64,000 bases of DNA from positions 98,642,001 through 98,706,000 of the forward strand of contig OX597819.1 in assembly GCA_951406725.2 (NCBI GenBank). Reading direction: 5' to 3'. Origin of the DNA: Octopus vulgaris. Its lineage: Eukaryota. The notes beneath the pieces are model-generated. The model was not told where the DNA came from, ran no database searches, and saw only the letters and a program-made list of their open reading frames with translations. This document shows, piece by piece, positions 24,586 to 38,090 of this stretch. Numbering within the stretch: the first letter of the stretch is position 1; each line of letters begins with the position of its first letter. Both the position numbers and the translations under genes were made by a program.

Positions 24586-25874
24586 CACATATATGTACGT
24601 TTTTGCACGCGCGTCTTGTTCGTATATACTTGCCAAATGGACGTTCAACCGTCTTTCTTTAGTTGTGTTAAAGGAAGGGGTAATTATTACATAAGACTTT
24701 AGACATAACTCATTTCCTAGATAAATACTTATTTCTAGTCAGTTCTTCTCAAATTTCCTTGAGTATTAAAACTTATGAAATCGTATTTTCACAGTCGGCC
24801 ATATTACGAACCATATATCAAGAGCATCACCACCTATATCTAACAGCTACCCACCACACTCAACTACCACATATTTCCATATTTCTATCACCACTATCAC
24901 CCGAGTGTATCACATACACTTCACCGTCCACCATACATTAGAGTCAACAACCACACCAATCATATTTCGTTACCACGGTGAAGCATCACCCCAACTATGT
25001 CTTCTACTCCACATCATTACCAAAATACACCATAGTAAACCAACACCCCAATAACATTTATATACAACAGTTAACCAGCGCCAAAACTATATCCTCCACT
25101 CTAGACAATAGACACCGTACGCCATGAATCATACATCACAGTCAGTTACAACTTCGACTATATTTCTACACCACAACTATTGCGATAACTATATCCGCAA
25201 TGCTTTATCATCACCGCTATAAACAACGCCCATACCCCACATCTACCTGCAAATTGTATTTTTTTTCCTTACAACTATCAACCCAACTATATTCCCCGTT
25301 CTGCACCATCATCGTTACACATTGTTCTACGAAATATAATTATCTCCGATTTCTATATTTATTTGTTCAAGAATAATCGGGTTATCTTGTTATTCTATTG
25401 CCTTTTGATGAGTTCCTAATGAAGCACAGTTTTTGATCACGGTTTGCTGGAGCGGATTTATGTATACAGATACACAGACACTGACACACATACACATAGA
25501 CACACACACTCATACATACACGCACACTCTCGGTAATACGCGCATACAAGGACTATTCGTTTACGACTATAAACATACACTGTGGGGCGAATACTGAATA
25601 TGATTATATACTCTTATGGATATATACATATGAGCATGCAGACAAAAAAATATATACATAGACGCATGCATACATACAAGCATGTATGCTTATGTTCGTA
25701 TATGTGTTCATACTTATGTGAATTTAGCCATGTACGCATGAACGGTTTTCATGGGCCCTTTATTTCAAATCTCTTACCCTTACTGCTTTGCTATTTTTTT
25801 CATACACGATCCCTTTCTAATACCCTTCAATTGGCTACCACACTAAATACACCATCATCACCACCACCACCACC

Positions 25875-25940
<66 letters not shown>

Positions 25941-26015
25941 GTCGTCGTCGTCGTCATCATCACTCCCTTTTTTGCTTTATATACATATATGTATATATAA
26001 CTGTGTGTTTGTGTA

Positions 26016-26095
<80 letters not shown>

Positions 26096-26122
26096 CAAAT
26101 ATCATATGTTATATAGATATAT

Positions 26123-26525
26123 AGGCACAGGAGTGGTTGTGTGGTAAGTAGCTTGCCTACCAACTACGTGGTTCCGTGTTCAGTTCTACTGCGTGGAACC
26201 TTGGGCAGGTCTCTTCAACTATGGCCACGGGCCAACCAAAGGAGATTTGGTAGACGGAAACTGAAAGAAGCCCGTCGTATATATATGTGTGTGTGTGCGT
26301 GTGTGTGTGTGCGTGCGTATCTTTGTGTGTATGGGTTTGCCCCCCCCCCCATCGCTTGACAACCGATGTTGGTGTCTTTACGTCTCCATAACCTAGCTTT
26401 TCGGCAAAAGACACCGATAGAATAAGTACTAGGCTTACAAAGAAGAAGCCATGGGGGTCGATTTGTTCGACTAAAGGCGGTACTCCAGCATGGCCGCAGT
26501 CAAATGACATGAAATAAAATAAAAG
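26123..26525 (+). mobile_element. tRNA-derived SINE family B (CORE-like central region, internal (TG)n)
   Basis: A/B-box-like head, ccttgggcag.t.tcttc.actat segment, 3' part shared with 2718-2890 and 27985-28322. Confidence 0.85.
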
Positions 26526-26549
26526 AATATACACACACTCAGAATACAC

Positions 26550-27535
26550 CTACTCAGGGGCCTACGCAGAGTTGCAGAAAGTGTATGGAGAGGAGTGTAT
26601 GAGCCGCACACAAGTGTACGAGTGGTTCAGACGTTTTCCAAGATGACCGAAAAAATGTCGATAGTGACGAACGATCTGGGAGACCTGCAAACAGCAGAAC
26701 TGAAAAAAAACATCGCAGACGTGCGTGCAACTGAGAGGAAATCGAATCGACATCCGTGAGTAATCAGAGGATGTGCAGATTAGTTACGGCTCAGTTTAGT
26801 CCATTATCACTGAAGATTTGGATATGAGACGCGTATCTGCCAAGTTTGTGCGAAAAGTGGAAAACTGTAGCCCCCCCCCCTTCAAAAAAACACACTCGGA
26901 TTTCAGTTGAACAAGATCTCCTTGAATGTGCTGAGAACAATCAAAACTTTTTGAAAACGGTCGTAACGGGTGATGAATCGTGGGACTATGGCTATGACCC
27001 TGAAACAATGGCTCAGTCTTCGCAGTGGAAGACCCCAATTGCTTATGAGTCGAAGTAATGTGAAGGTACTGTTGACCGTTTACTTTGGCTACAAGGGGAT
27101 CGTTCATGGAGTATACGCCACCTGGCCAGGCAATAAACAAGTAGAACTACCATAACGTTTTGCGGCGTTTGCGGGATGCTATTCGCTGGAGAAGGCCTCA
27201 ATTGCATGTGTCCGGTGTGTGGCAATTGTACCCTGACAATGCACCTACCCATTCAGCGCAGCTTGTTCTGCAGTTTTTGACTAGACACAACGTTCCCCAC
27301 GTCCAACAGCCACCGTATTCCCCAGATCTCGCCCATTGCCAATTTTTTCTCTTTCCAAAAATCAGATTCAGCTCGAAAGGAAGAAAATTTCAGGACGTCG
27401 AGGAAATGAAAATGAATGCAACAAGGCAGCTGCTGATTATCTCATAAAACGAGTTCCAGGAATACTCCAATCAATAGAAACAGCGCTGGATTAAGTGTGT
27501 GGCTTTCGAAAGGGACTACTTTGAAGGAGATTAAA
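26550..27535 (+). mobile_element. Mariner (DD34D) transposase remnant
   Basis: VYEWF.RF, R.SAKFV, TGDESW.YGYDPET, DNAPTH, PPYSPDLA.C.FFLFPK and YFEGD* motifs, frameshifted. Confidence 0.9.
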
Positions 27536-27588
27536 TGCCAAATTGGTACGTGTTGTAGCTTTGTTTTTATAGCATCAATTTAGACCTT

Positions 27589-27703
<115 letters not shown>

Positions 27704-27984
27704 CACAAATCCCCAAAATGGAACAAGAACGCAACAGATGACAATAAAACATCCGGACAGATAGATGATACAAAAACAGGCAGGAAAAACAACAAAAAGG
27801 GACAGGAAAAAACAAGGACGGGCCATTCGTGGCCTTCACTCCTCAGTCAAGTTTCCTGATTATCCCTACAATTTGGGCCGGTTACACTTGAGACTATTCA
27901 AATCTCGCTGGCCCCCAAAATCTAAGCTGTCCATATTTCGTTGCTTTTCTCGTCCTTCTTTTTATCATCTATCTATCCGATCAC

Positions 27985-28322
27985 AGGACTTGTTCTTTGT
28001 AAGCCTAGTCCTTCTTCTATCGGTCTCTTTTGCCGAACCGCTATCATAAGGACTTAAACACACCAACATCGGTTGTTAAGCAATGGTAGAGGGACAAATT
28101 TAGACACAAAGATACGCATATATAAATAAACACGCACGTACGCGCGCGACATAGGCACATATATACACACGATGAGCTTTCAATTTCTATCTACCAAATC
28201 CACTCACAAGGCTTTGGTCGGCCCTAGGCAATAGTAGAAGACACTTTCCCAAGGTTCCACGCAGTGGGACTGAACCACGAACCATATGGTTAGGAAGCAA
28301 GCTTCTTAACACACATCCACGC
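27985..28322 (-). mobile_element. SINE family B
   Basis: Reverse complement of the 26123-26525 family. Confidence 0.8.
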
Positions 28323-28903
28323 TTGTATGTATGTGTGTATGCATGTATGTATGTATGTATGTATGTATGTATGTATGTATGCATGTATGTATGCATGCAT
28401 GTATGTATGTATGTATGTATGTTTGTATGTATGTATGTATGTATGTATGCATGCATGCATGCATGTATGTATGTATGTGTGTGTGTATGTATGTATATAT
28501 AAAACATTAAAATTGGATTTTGATTGGCTATCATTGAAGAGGTTTCTTTTAATGCCTGTAAATTATCGGTGCATAAATGCATGTTGTTTATAACTCTCTC
28601 TCTCTCTCTATCTCGTTCTCCACTCTCTCTTTGACCATCCTCTTTCTCTACCTTTCCTGTTATAATATTTCCGACATTGTATTGTTCCACTTTTTAATTT
28701 GAACGTATTTACACAAAGCGGAAACTTTTTGCCCTAATCCTTTAAAGATAAACAACAATACTGATATTTATTGTACTTTCACACTGTTGATTGTTCATTA
28801 TTGCATTCACCTGGAAATGGACTTGCTATACAAAATACATGCACACTTTCCTATTGATAAAAAGAAAATTATGTAGAGTATACATTTATCATCAGATAGA
28901 ATT

Positions 28904-29214
<311 letters not shown>

Positions 29215-30579
29215 CTTTATTCACTTTTCCACGTAAAAGTGCGTGTAAATGTATTCATTTGTTGCTTGGCGTTTCTGTGATCAGGGCGGCATCAATCAAT
29301 GACTGGCGTTAATTATATTGATCTGCTACACTATTTTATCATTCCTGGGAGATTCAATAGAAATGCCAACATCAGCGGAATTTGAACTCGGAATATAAAG
29401 GACCGTAACTAATTACCTCAAGCCACTTTGTACTCACCGGAGTCTGTCTATCTTCTTAGACTGTATATTTACACAATCAATCAAACAATCCATCAATCAA
29501 TTGATACTCACACATATATCTTACGTTCTAGATAAAATTGCTTTTAAAAAAGGTAAGTTTAAATATTTCTCTATTATATCTTATTTTAAAAGACATGGCA
29601 TGTTTAATATTTAGTTTTTATTTTTTTCTACAAATCTGCTGAGATGACTAACACCCCTCACTTGCAAAATATTCCTTACTCCAGCATTAAAAAAATCCTT
29701 TTATTTTAAATATAATTACTATGGGAGGAAGCCTCTAGAAAGTAATTAACAAATATTAATTCTTTAGTTTAATTGCATAGACACCGGAGTAAGGACAAAG
29801 TATTGGTCCTCTTTTAAAGTTTTTTTTACATTGGTGGGAAGAAAGTAAGAAGTTATTAGCAAATAGGAGACATGGCTCGAATACAGATTGGAATCCCCTA
29901 AAAATGCTCATGATGAGAAACGTTTGGGACGTCCACACAAATACGTCCATCTAGTTTAACTTACACAATTTTAGCCGACCAGAGCCAGCTACTGTAGAAA
30001 ACAATTATTGAGCAGTGGGATCGAACCTGGAAGTAAAACGAATTGCTTTAGCGAATTCTCTTAACCATGCGACTATACATGTATAGTCGCAGTTTATAGA
30101 AAACACTACATCTTATTAGATCGGAGAACGTTTGTTTTACCCCTTTTTGTAATATATTATCTCTGGGTTTGCGAAAAATTTAAGCTTCCTCGGTCATAAT
30201 GAATTTATAGACGAGTAACATTCTCCTCTGCAACTCCAATATCAACTCCCTGTTAAGTTACGACCATCTCTGTTTTGTTTATTTGACATCTTTCACTTGC
30301 AATGCGTTCTTCATTTTCTGACAAAAAATAAAATAGTCATCAAATAATACCCTACTATTTAAAGAAAACGGAAGGAACATTTCAGTAATCTAGTCCTAGA
30401 TACTCTTAAAATAATTGGTTACACTTGAAGTGATTTTCATCAGAGGTCTACTCAGTCAACCTTTACTTAAGCCTAAACAGCTTTACATGGTTTACCAAAA
30501 CTCTGGTTGAAGTAATGATAGATAATAATAGATACGTGGCAGAGGCGAGACAAAATGCAGTGCAGATAATAATAATGAT

Positions 30580-30880
30580 GGCACAAGGAGCCAGCAATAT
30601 TAAAGATAAATTTAGTCGATTACATTGACCTTTGTGCCCATCTGGTACTTATTTCATCGACTCTGATACCGCTAAGCATTTTGTCCAGGGCGGTAACGAT
30701 TCTGCCAGCTCGCCGCCTTAACAACGATAATAATAATATTAATAATAATCTTTTCTACGATAGGCACAAGGCCTGAAATTTGGGGCGGAGACTTGTCGAT
30801 TACATCGACCCCAGCGTTCAACTGGTACTTAATTTATCGACCCCGAAAGGATGAACGGTAAAGCCGACCTCGGCGGAATT
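30580..30880 (-). mobile_element. Two partial SINE family A copies in an (AAT)n context
   Basis: Family A core and head sequences. Confidence 0.8.
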
Positions 30881-31259
30881 ATGAAATTAATAATAATGTT
30901 AATGATTACATACTCAACTAACGAAGAAAGAAAGGAAGGGAACAGAGGTTTTTTAAACGTAGAGGATACTATCAGCATTTCAATGTTCGCTTTGAAGACG
31001 TTAAGAAGATAAAAAAGGCTGTGGCAAAGGTTCTGGGCACCTTCACTTTGGAGGACTTCCGTGGTGCTTTCACAAAGCGGTTGGAGCGCTACAAGTCCAT
31101 TTAAGTCAGAAGATCCTATTTGGAAGGAGATTAGAGTTTTGTACTTCTTTGAAATTAATAAATATCTGCTCTATATTTAAGAGATGAGGAATTATGTACA
31201 TTATTTACATTATTTACATTCGACGGATATTTGTCTTCATCTTGTTCTCATATGCCCGC

Positions 31260-31332
31260 GGTCATATGGCGTAGTGGTTAAGAGCGCGGGCTACTAACCC
31301 CAAGATTACAAGTTCGATTCCAAGCAGTGACC
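31260..31332 (+). pseudogene. tRNA-like SINE head (anticodon-loop-like CT-ACT-AA); probably not a functional tRNA
   Basis: 73 nt, GGTCA/TGACC acceptor-like stem, A-box TGGCGTAGTGG, B-box GTTCGATTC; imperfect stems, no oligo-T terminator. Confidence 0.7.
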
Positions 31333-31391
31333 TGAGCACTAACAACAACAACAACAATAATAGTAGTAGTAGTCGTAGTAGTAGTAGTAGA

Positions 31392-31451
<60 letters not shown>

Positions 31452-31564
31452 TAAGATTGGAAGTGTTATCATGTACATTGTTATGTCTTGGTATAATAGA
31501 TGGCTACAGCAAATATTCTGCTCAATACCACAAATTTGCTTGTCAGTTGCTTGACCTTAATCAG

Positions 31565-31916
31565 TTGAGCATGTCCCTTAGTGGCCGACAAAATGTACAT
31601 CTCTGATCACGAGCAGAAGTAGTGGGGGAGCATCATAGCCATGTGTTGAGAGAGATTCTTTGGGGTTTGAATAATTCACCTTTGGAAACATGGGTGTTTT
31701 GTTCAACATCTTTAAACAACCCTTAATCAGGGACCTTTTGAGCATGTCCCTTAGTGGCCGACAAAATGTACATCTCTGATCACGAGCAGAAGTAGTGGGG
31801 GAGCATCATAGCCATGTGTTGAGAGAGATTCTTTGGGGTTTGAATAATTCACCTTTGGAAACATGGGTGTTTTGTTCAACATCTTTAAACAACCCTTAAT
31901 CAGGGACCTTTTGAGC
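31565..31916. repeat. Exact 173-bp tandem duplication with TTGAGC junction microhomology
   Basis: TTGAGC at 31565, 31738 and 31911; the two units appear identical. Confidence 0.95.
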
Positions 31917-32021
31917 GGGATGGGTTACTCGACCAGAAGAAAATTCTAACTGGGCCCCACCTGCAAGGTCATGTGATATGAGATCACCATGTCGCACATA
32001 TATGGTTGTGATGCATATGTC

Positions 32022-32051
32022 GGGTTAGGGTTAGGGTTAGGGTTAGGGTTA
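32022..32051 (+). repeat. Interstitial telomeric repeat (TTAGGG)4 plus partial units
   Basis: gggttagggttagggttagggttagggtta. Confidence 0.9.
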
Positions 32052-32149
32052 TCAGACGGGTAGTCATGATGGGTATAATGGGCTTCATATATTTTGCTCC
32101 AGTGTCACTTTGATGGCATGCACTGCTCTCTCACTCAATAATAATAATG

Positions 32150-32234
<85 letters not shown>

Positions 32235-32286
32235 CAACATCGAAAAATACCTTAGGAATGAGAACCCAGGTTCGAAATTTCCCCAA

Positions 32287-32332
32287 GATACCTGAAGAAG
32301 GCTGGAGAGTATATCAGCCGAAACGTTGTGTT
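32287..32332 (+). ncRNA. Putative minimal type I hammerhead ribozyme (Penelope-type)
   Basis: GAUAC-CUGAAGA-A-GGCUG(loop)CAGCC-GAAA-CG-UU-GUGUU: conserved core, 5-bp stem II, 5-bp stem I including G-U pairs, palindromic AACGUU stem III. Confidence 0.65.
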
Positions 32333-33965
32333 AACAACAAAGATAAGGACAAATATCCGTCGAATGTAAATAATGTAAATAAAATAATAAATATCTGTCC
32401 TGAAAATGTCTCAAAATTTCTTGAATACACCTTGTATTTTGTGCAAGATTAGAAAGGATGATGCACAACATATTTCATCGATATGCCAGTAGTAATTCTG
32501 TCTTTTTGCAGTTGGAGACATGACTGATATGCTTCATTTATAACAGGGCAGATTTGATGTGAAGAGTCTAAGTTAGATAATTTTTACCTGCTGAACGTTG
32601 AGGAAGGAGCAGTGTCCATAACCTGTTAGTTCAGAATGGTTTATGTTATTAATGATTTGAACCTTTGCAAGTCAACACCAACAGTAAATATATGAGGAGT
32701 GGAGAAACTAGAGTGCCAACATATTTCGAAGGAAGAACTGGGTTTATGATTAATGTGGGGCCTGGTGGGGTTGGTTACAAGAAGGGTGATAAGTGAAGAG
32801 ATGAGTGAAGACGGCATGAGCTCAACCAGATCCGAAGACAGAGGCCATTATAGTAACCGTGGATAAATTTTTATGTACCGAGTTCAAATCCCACCTACGT
32901 TGACCTCGTTCATTTCTTAAAGGTTGATAAAAAATACAACTCAAGTGCTGGAGTTGAATTAACAGTCCATTCAAATTTGAGGTTGTATGCCTATGTTAGG
33001 GACTAAATAATATGGGTATGCACTCAATACGAGTATGTGCACAATACTACTTGCTATGAATGTTTTGAAAATGAGTTAATAGATTTAGTGAAAATTAGTT
33101 AAATCTTGCAAACTCGGATTCGAACCTTCTTATAGAACGTAATAATCTAGAGTCAAATGAAAATAGAAGTTTTACTTAGCGATTTGTTTGAGTGTGCCAA
33201 TCTTACAAATGTGACTCTTTATATATGTCCCTGCTATTATTGTTACACCTCATATGTGTCACTGCTATAATTTTGACTCTTTACATGTGTCCCTGCTATA
33301 CCTGTAATACTTTATATGCTACTGCTACAAATGTGACATTTGTTTAATTTAGAAACACGTTTTAGAAGTAAACGCAAATGTAGATTATAACTAAAAGAAA
33401 TGTCTAGTAACCATAAATATATCGTTGTGCCGCAAATGAAAGTGTTTTTGTTTTTACTCCAAGATTGAGTATATTAAGTGAACAAACACAAAGATCGGAT
33501 CTAAATCGCAGATTTTATATTACAGCGTTCTCATATGACACGAATTTATTCCTAACAATGACAAGAGGCCACAGATTTCTGGGGATGAATATAGATTATT
33601 CAAAAGGATGAAAGCAAAGTTGACTTCGATGTACTTTGAGCGTAAAAGGTAAAGGACCGAAACAAATTATCAAATAGCATTTTGTCTGGAACTATAGTGA
33701 TTGTGCAAGCTCTTGGAAATTGCCATTATAAACTCTTTCTCGGCGATACACAGTAGAGTCCGAAGAGCTCGTTTTTAAACATATATGTTGCTATTGTCCA
33801 AACCCCCAAATAGTTCACATCAACGCTACACATACATACATACATACATACATACATACATACATACATACATACATACATACATACATACATACATACA
33901 TACATACATACATGCATGCATGCATACATACATACATACATACATACATACATACATACATACAT

Positions 33966-35170
33966 GACCCACAATGTGCTTGCAGTGCCAGTACTCATAC
34001 GAACATTTGGGCTGCTTGATTGGACGCTTGAGATCTGAGCCATCGATGTGAAAACTCGAAAAATACTAACAAGCACACATAGTTTCCATATAAACAGTGA
34101 CGTAGACCGCCTCTACCCAAAACAGAAGCAAGGCGGCAGAGGCTTAACATCGATCCAAAATGCCTTTGAATGCCGTATCATATCCCTTCGATGACATCTT
34201 TTAACCAGTAAGTGTCGAAGTGCATCCCTTGACCAAGTTTGCATACATGAGGCTGATAACACCATAAAACTTGGAAGGTGGCTCCTTGAGCAGCATTCCT
34301 TGTCTGACAACCTTAAATACATGTCCAAAGAAGTCGCACGACTATACCGCAACGTATAAGATGAAAGGACGAACGTATATGAGCAGAAGACCATGGATAT
34401 GTTAGTAGAAAGCTCCGAGATGATAGTAACATTGATCACGAAACCAGTCTATCATGGACCCACAACCAGATTACTACCTCCCACTTCGAAGGGTATGCAT
34501 TTGCAATCAAGGAACAGGAAATATCAACTAAATACCTGATGCACAAAAGGGACAGAGATGCAGGAAAAACAGTATGATGTTACAACCGATGCTGACTTTG
34601 TGAAGTTAACACCAAAGATGTCACCTCCATCATAAGCCGTTGTCCGAAAATGTAATCACGTAATTATCTACCGATGAGACATAATGTTGTTGCTAGAACA
34701 CTGTATAACGAGATCCATCGAAAGGATAAACCCGAGGACAAAGAAATAAGAACCCACAGTGTGGTAGAAAGGATAGCCAATCATAATAAAAAGGAGTAAT
34801 GGTAGAATGTTCCAGTGAGAATCTCAATAAAATGTAAACACAATAGACCTGACATATTGATTTGAGATAGAGAAGAGAGACTGTGTACAGTTGTGGAAAT
34901 TAGCTGCCCAGCGGATGTTTACATAAAGCTGAAAATCCGTGAGATAGAGCTATTAAGAAAAATGCAGTTATTCTATTTAGATTACAAGTTCAGGTTTATA
35001 ACTCTGATTATTGGAGCACTGGGATATGTAACACATAAATACCAATCTTGAGAAATTAGGCTCCTCAAAACTAGAATGGAGAAAGCTGATTCGAAGACTA
35101 CAGATTCAATCCATTATAGGAACTGTAAAAATCTAAACAACTTTCCGGAAGAATATCATTTAAGTATATA
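33966..35170 (+). mobile_element. R4/Dong-type non-LTR retrotransposon 3' fragment (RT thumb, CCHC knuckle, restriction-like endonuclease)
   Basis: N.LAVPVL..TFGLLDW, ID.KTRK.LT, FH..SDVDRLY....GGRGL, C.LC......I...CP.....Y..RH..VA, RPD...VEISCP motifs; broken frames; flanked by (CATA)n. Confidence 0.8.
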
Positions 35171-35299
35171 TGAGTATGTCTAGATATGCAAGTTTATGCA
35201 TAAGAAGACATAAAACAAAGCACAAATCTGTACTATACATGCATGCATGCATGCATACATACATACATACATACATACATACATACATACATACATACA

Positions 35300-35330
<31 letters not shown>

Positions 35331-35482
35331 GTACGTACATTCATATATAAATTCATATAAAAATACCCTGTTGCTGATGTTGAAATTCCAATGAAGGAAC
35401 TTTGGATCTAGGTTAGAAACTGACCCTTTCTCTATTGGCATGAAATCTTGAAATAAACTGAAAAATGAGACATACATACATA

Positions 35483-36452
35483 CGAGATGGTTTCAAAGAG
35501 TTCCCGGCCTAGTTCTGTAGCGCGCCAACAAATGGCAGTACACGATTGCGTGCGTAGTGAGAACTAGTAGTGACCTTTATGAGGCAGTGTGCTAAGTGAC
35601 ACCGCTGTTTACTTCGCAAGTTGTGAAATTTGCGTTTTTGTGATCACCTGTATGCTGTAGTCTGCGATTTTTGTCATGGACAAGAAGTTGAAACAAAGAG
35701 CCAACGTGAAATTTTGCGTTAAACTTGGTAAATCTGCCACAGGGGCATTGAGCATACTTCGGCAAGCTTACGGCGACGAGGCGATGGTTCGTAAGCAATG
35801 TTTTCAAAGGATTATCACTGGTGACGAGAGTTGGGTCTACAGTTATGACCCTGAAACGAAGCAGCAGTCATCACAATGGAAGAGTTTTTCATCTCCACGA
35901 TCGAAGAGAGCACGACAGAGTCGCAGATCAATCGAGAGCATGCTCATCGTGTTTTTCGACATCCGCGACATTGTGCAGGGCCAGACCGTCAATCGAGAGT
36001 TCTACTTCGACGTTTTGAAGCGTTTGAGGAAGGACATACTACGAAAGCGATTGAATCTATGGAGTGCGAAGAATTGGATTCTTCACGGCACTCTGCCACC
36101 GAGCTCTTCTCATTCGTGAGTTTCTCTCCGAAAATAACATGGTATCGCTTTCGCACTTGCCCTGTTCATCGGATTTAGCACCTGCAGATTTCCATCTTTT
36201 CCCTAAGATGAAAACGTAGCTAAAAATCGCCGTTTTAACACCGTTGTAGAGATTCAGAGTGAATCGCAGAAGGTCCTCGAATCGCTTCCGGAAAACGACT
36301 TCCAGGCCGGATTCCAACAGTGGCAGAAACGCTTGGACAGGTGTATTGCTGCGCAAGATAACTATTTCAAAGGAGATGATGTTAAAACTTTGTTAAATAA
36401 GTTATTTTCTTATTAAATATAACTAGTACGGGAACCTTTTGATACAATCTCG
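35483..36452 (+). mobile_element. Internally deleted mariner transposon
   Basis: Imperfect TIRs cgagatggtttcaaagagttcccggcctagtt / aactagtacgggaaccttttgatacaatctcg with TA flanks; QRANVKFCVKLGKSA, ITGDESWVYSYDPETK, SDLAPADFHLFPK motifs. Confidence 0.9.
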
Positions 36453-36899
36453 TACATACATAGCATACATTCATGGTGATTGCCTCATCTCATCAGATGA
36501 TAGCCGTCTCTCTACCTACCTCGACCTCTTTTACTCGCCTTTTACGACAGGCAGAGGAATCGTTGAGTCTGTTCTTCGGCATGCTGGTATCTACTGAGAA
36601 TAACGGACCTAGGAATAATGGTAATTAAAGGGTGACTCCATGCATCCTACAACCTTACAATTCCCGAACTGGAGTCTCACGATATGGTGGAAGTTATCTT
36701 TTGATTAAGACCACTTCCTTGACAAATTTTGCTCTAAGAAACATCTCAACTTTGCACTCCTTATCGCCGAGGATATGGCATATGGTTTCTAAGGCCTGCA
36801 AGTCATGCCGCAACGACTGCAAGTCACTTTCCTTCCAGCAACACCCCGAACAACTTGATGTTGGGCCCTACAATGCTGAGAAGTCCATTGGTTGACTCG

Positions 36900-37670
36900 C
36901 ACACTTTGTTAAACAAGATGTACGAGAGAACTTGTTTGATATGACATTGTAAACGGGGTTACCTCCATGAACAAGCTTGTGGCTGAGTAGGTCTGTCTTT
37001 ATGAAATAGACACCACGACCAAACAGGTTACACGACCGAGATTGTTTCGTGCCCTTCTTAGAGAAAGGGTTTTCCTTGTTGATTTCGAAATCATTAACTC
37101 CGGTAGCAATCAGATGCCTCTCAGATCCCTATCTGATGCAAAATCTTCCTAGATTTAAGTGTCTTTAAGATTTTCTTTGAAACTCTTGCGTGGATCGCAC
37201 TAGGGGCATTTTATTTGCTCCAGATCACCATACAACATCTATTTTCGAATACGAGTATCCTTTAAATGGACGAGATGAGCAAACTATTTCAGTTGGTGCT
37301 TCATAATCATGGACTCGATACTCGTCATTTTTGTCAGCTACAGTGCCCTCGAATCTGGCATATGAAATTACCATAAGATCTTCAGGATATTACGCAGGCA
37401 TGGCTGGTTTCAATCGCTCGAAACATTGGATATACCAGCGGTAGATTGTCCATGTTTCGCACCCATACAACACTGATGTTAAGATACATGCTCGATAAAT
37501 CTCAACTTTTGTTACCACTTTGATGTCCAATTGCAACCAGAGCCTCGATTTAAGCTTTCCAGATGTATCACAGGCCTTAAAAAGTCTTTAACCGACCTCC
37601 TCATTAAGTGTATTATTTAATTTAGATAGTGTGATACTAAGGTAGACGGAGGTATCCACAACTTTTAATT
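36900..37670 (-). mobile_element. RTE-clade LINE fragment
   Basis: Minus strand reads YL...L....L..EV, TKV.IYRACILTSVLYGCETWT.Y, and .LYG.L..., typical of the RTE C-terminal region; boundaries approximate. Confidence 0.75.
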
Positions 37671-37745
37671 TTTTAACCTTGATATATATCGATGGTACGA
37701 TATACGACTTGCATGGAGTTGTTTATAACATGACAATCACATACG

Positions 37746-37808
<63 letters not shown>

Positions 37809-37904
37809 GCATATACATACATACGTACGTATATGGGGTATATGCATACACACACACACATATAGGAGAAGGATGAAATAAAGATCCTTCCCGAGTATAT
37901 AGAC

Positions 37905-38090
37905 ATATAAGGCCGGTTTCTCAGTTTCTGTGGCGCATGTATTCCCCACCTGGACGAGACTACGGTCCATCGCAGGATTACTCATTTTTTCTGAGTAAAT
38001 TTTTCTGAGTAAACCGCCCGGTTCACAAATCGAAACCGCAATCTTACGCTCATGTGTCCAACACCCTAACCATTAAGTTACGCACCTCCA
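37905..38090 (-). mobile_element. SINE family C-related copy
   Basis: cctgcgatggacc..gtctcgtccaggtggggaat...gaaac.g.gaaaccggcc on minus strand, shared with 6250-6320. Confidence 0.7.

Larger units (their letters stand above)
31169..32384 (+). mobile_element. Composite non-autonomous retroelement: inverted tail + tRNA-like head + (AAT)n with nested repeat + hammerhead-containing tail; 13-bp TSD
   Basis: TAATAAATATCTG at 31156-31168 and 32385-32397; 31201-31246 is the near-exact reverse complement of 32336-32382. Confidence 0.75.
30965..32436 (+). mobile_element. 3' end of a mariner element (30965-31168 and 32385-32436) split by the composite insertion
   Basis: RFEDV..IK.AV..VL...T.EDF...F..R.ERY.....G.Y.EGD* C-terminus; TIR-like end ..ttcttgaatacaccttgta. 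Confidence 0.7.

Noticed and set aside
31260-31332. Functional tRNA-Ser(ACT) gene
   Set aside because: Poor anticodon and T stems, atypical anticodon, no terminator; part of a repeat
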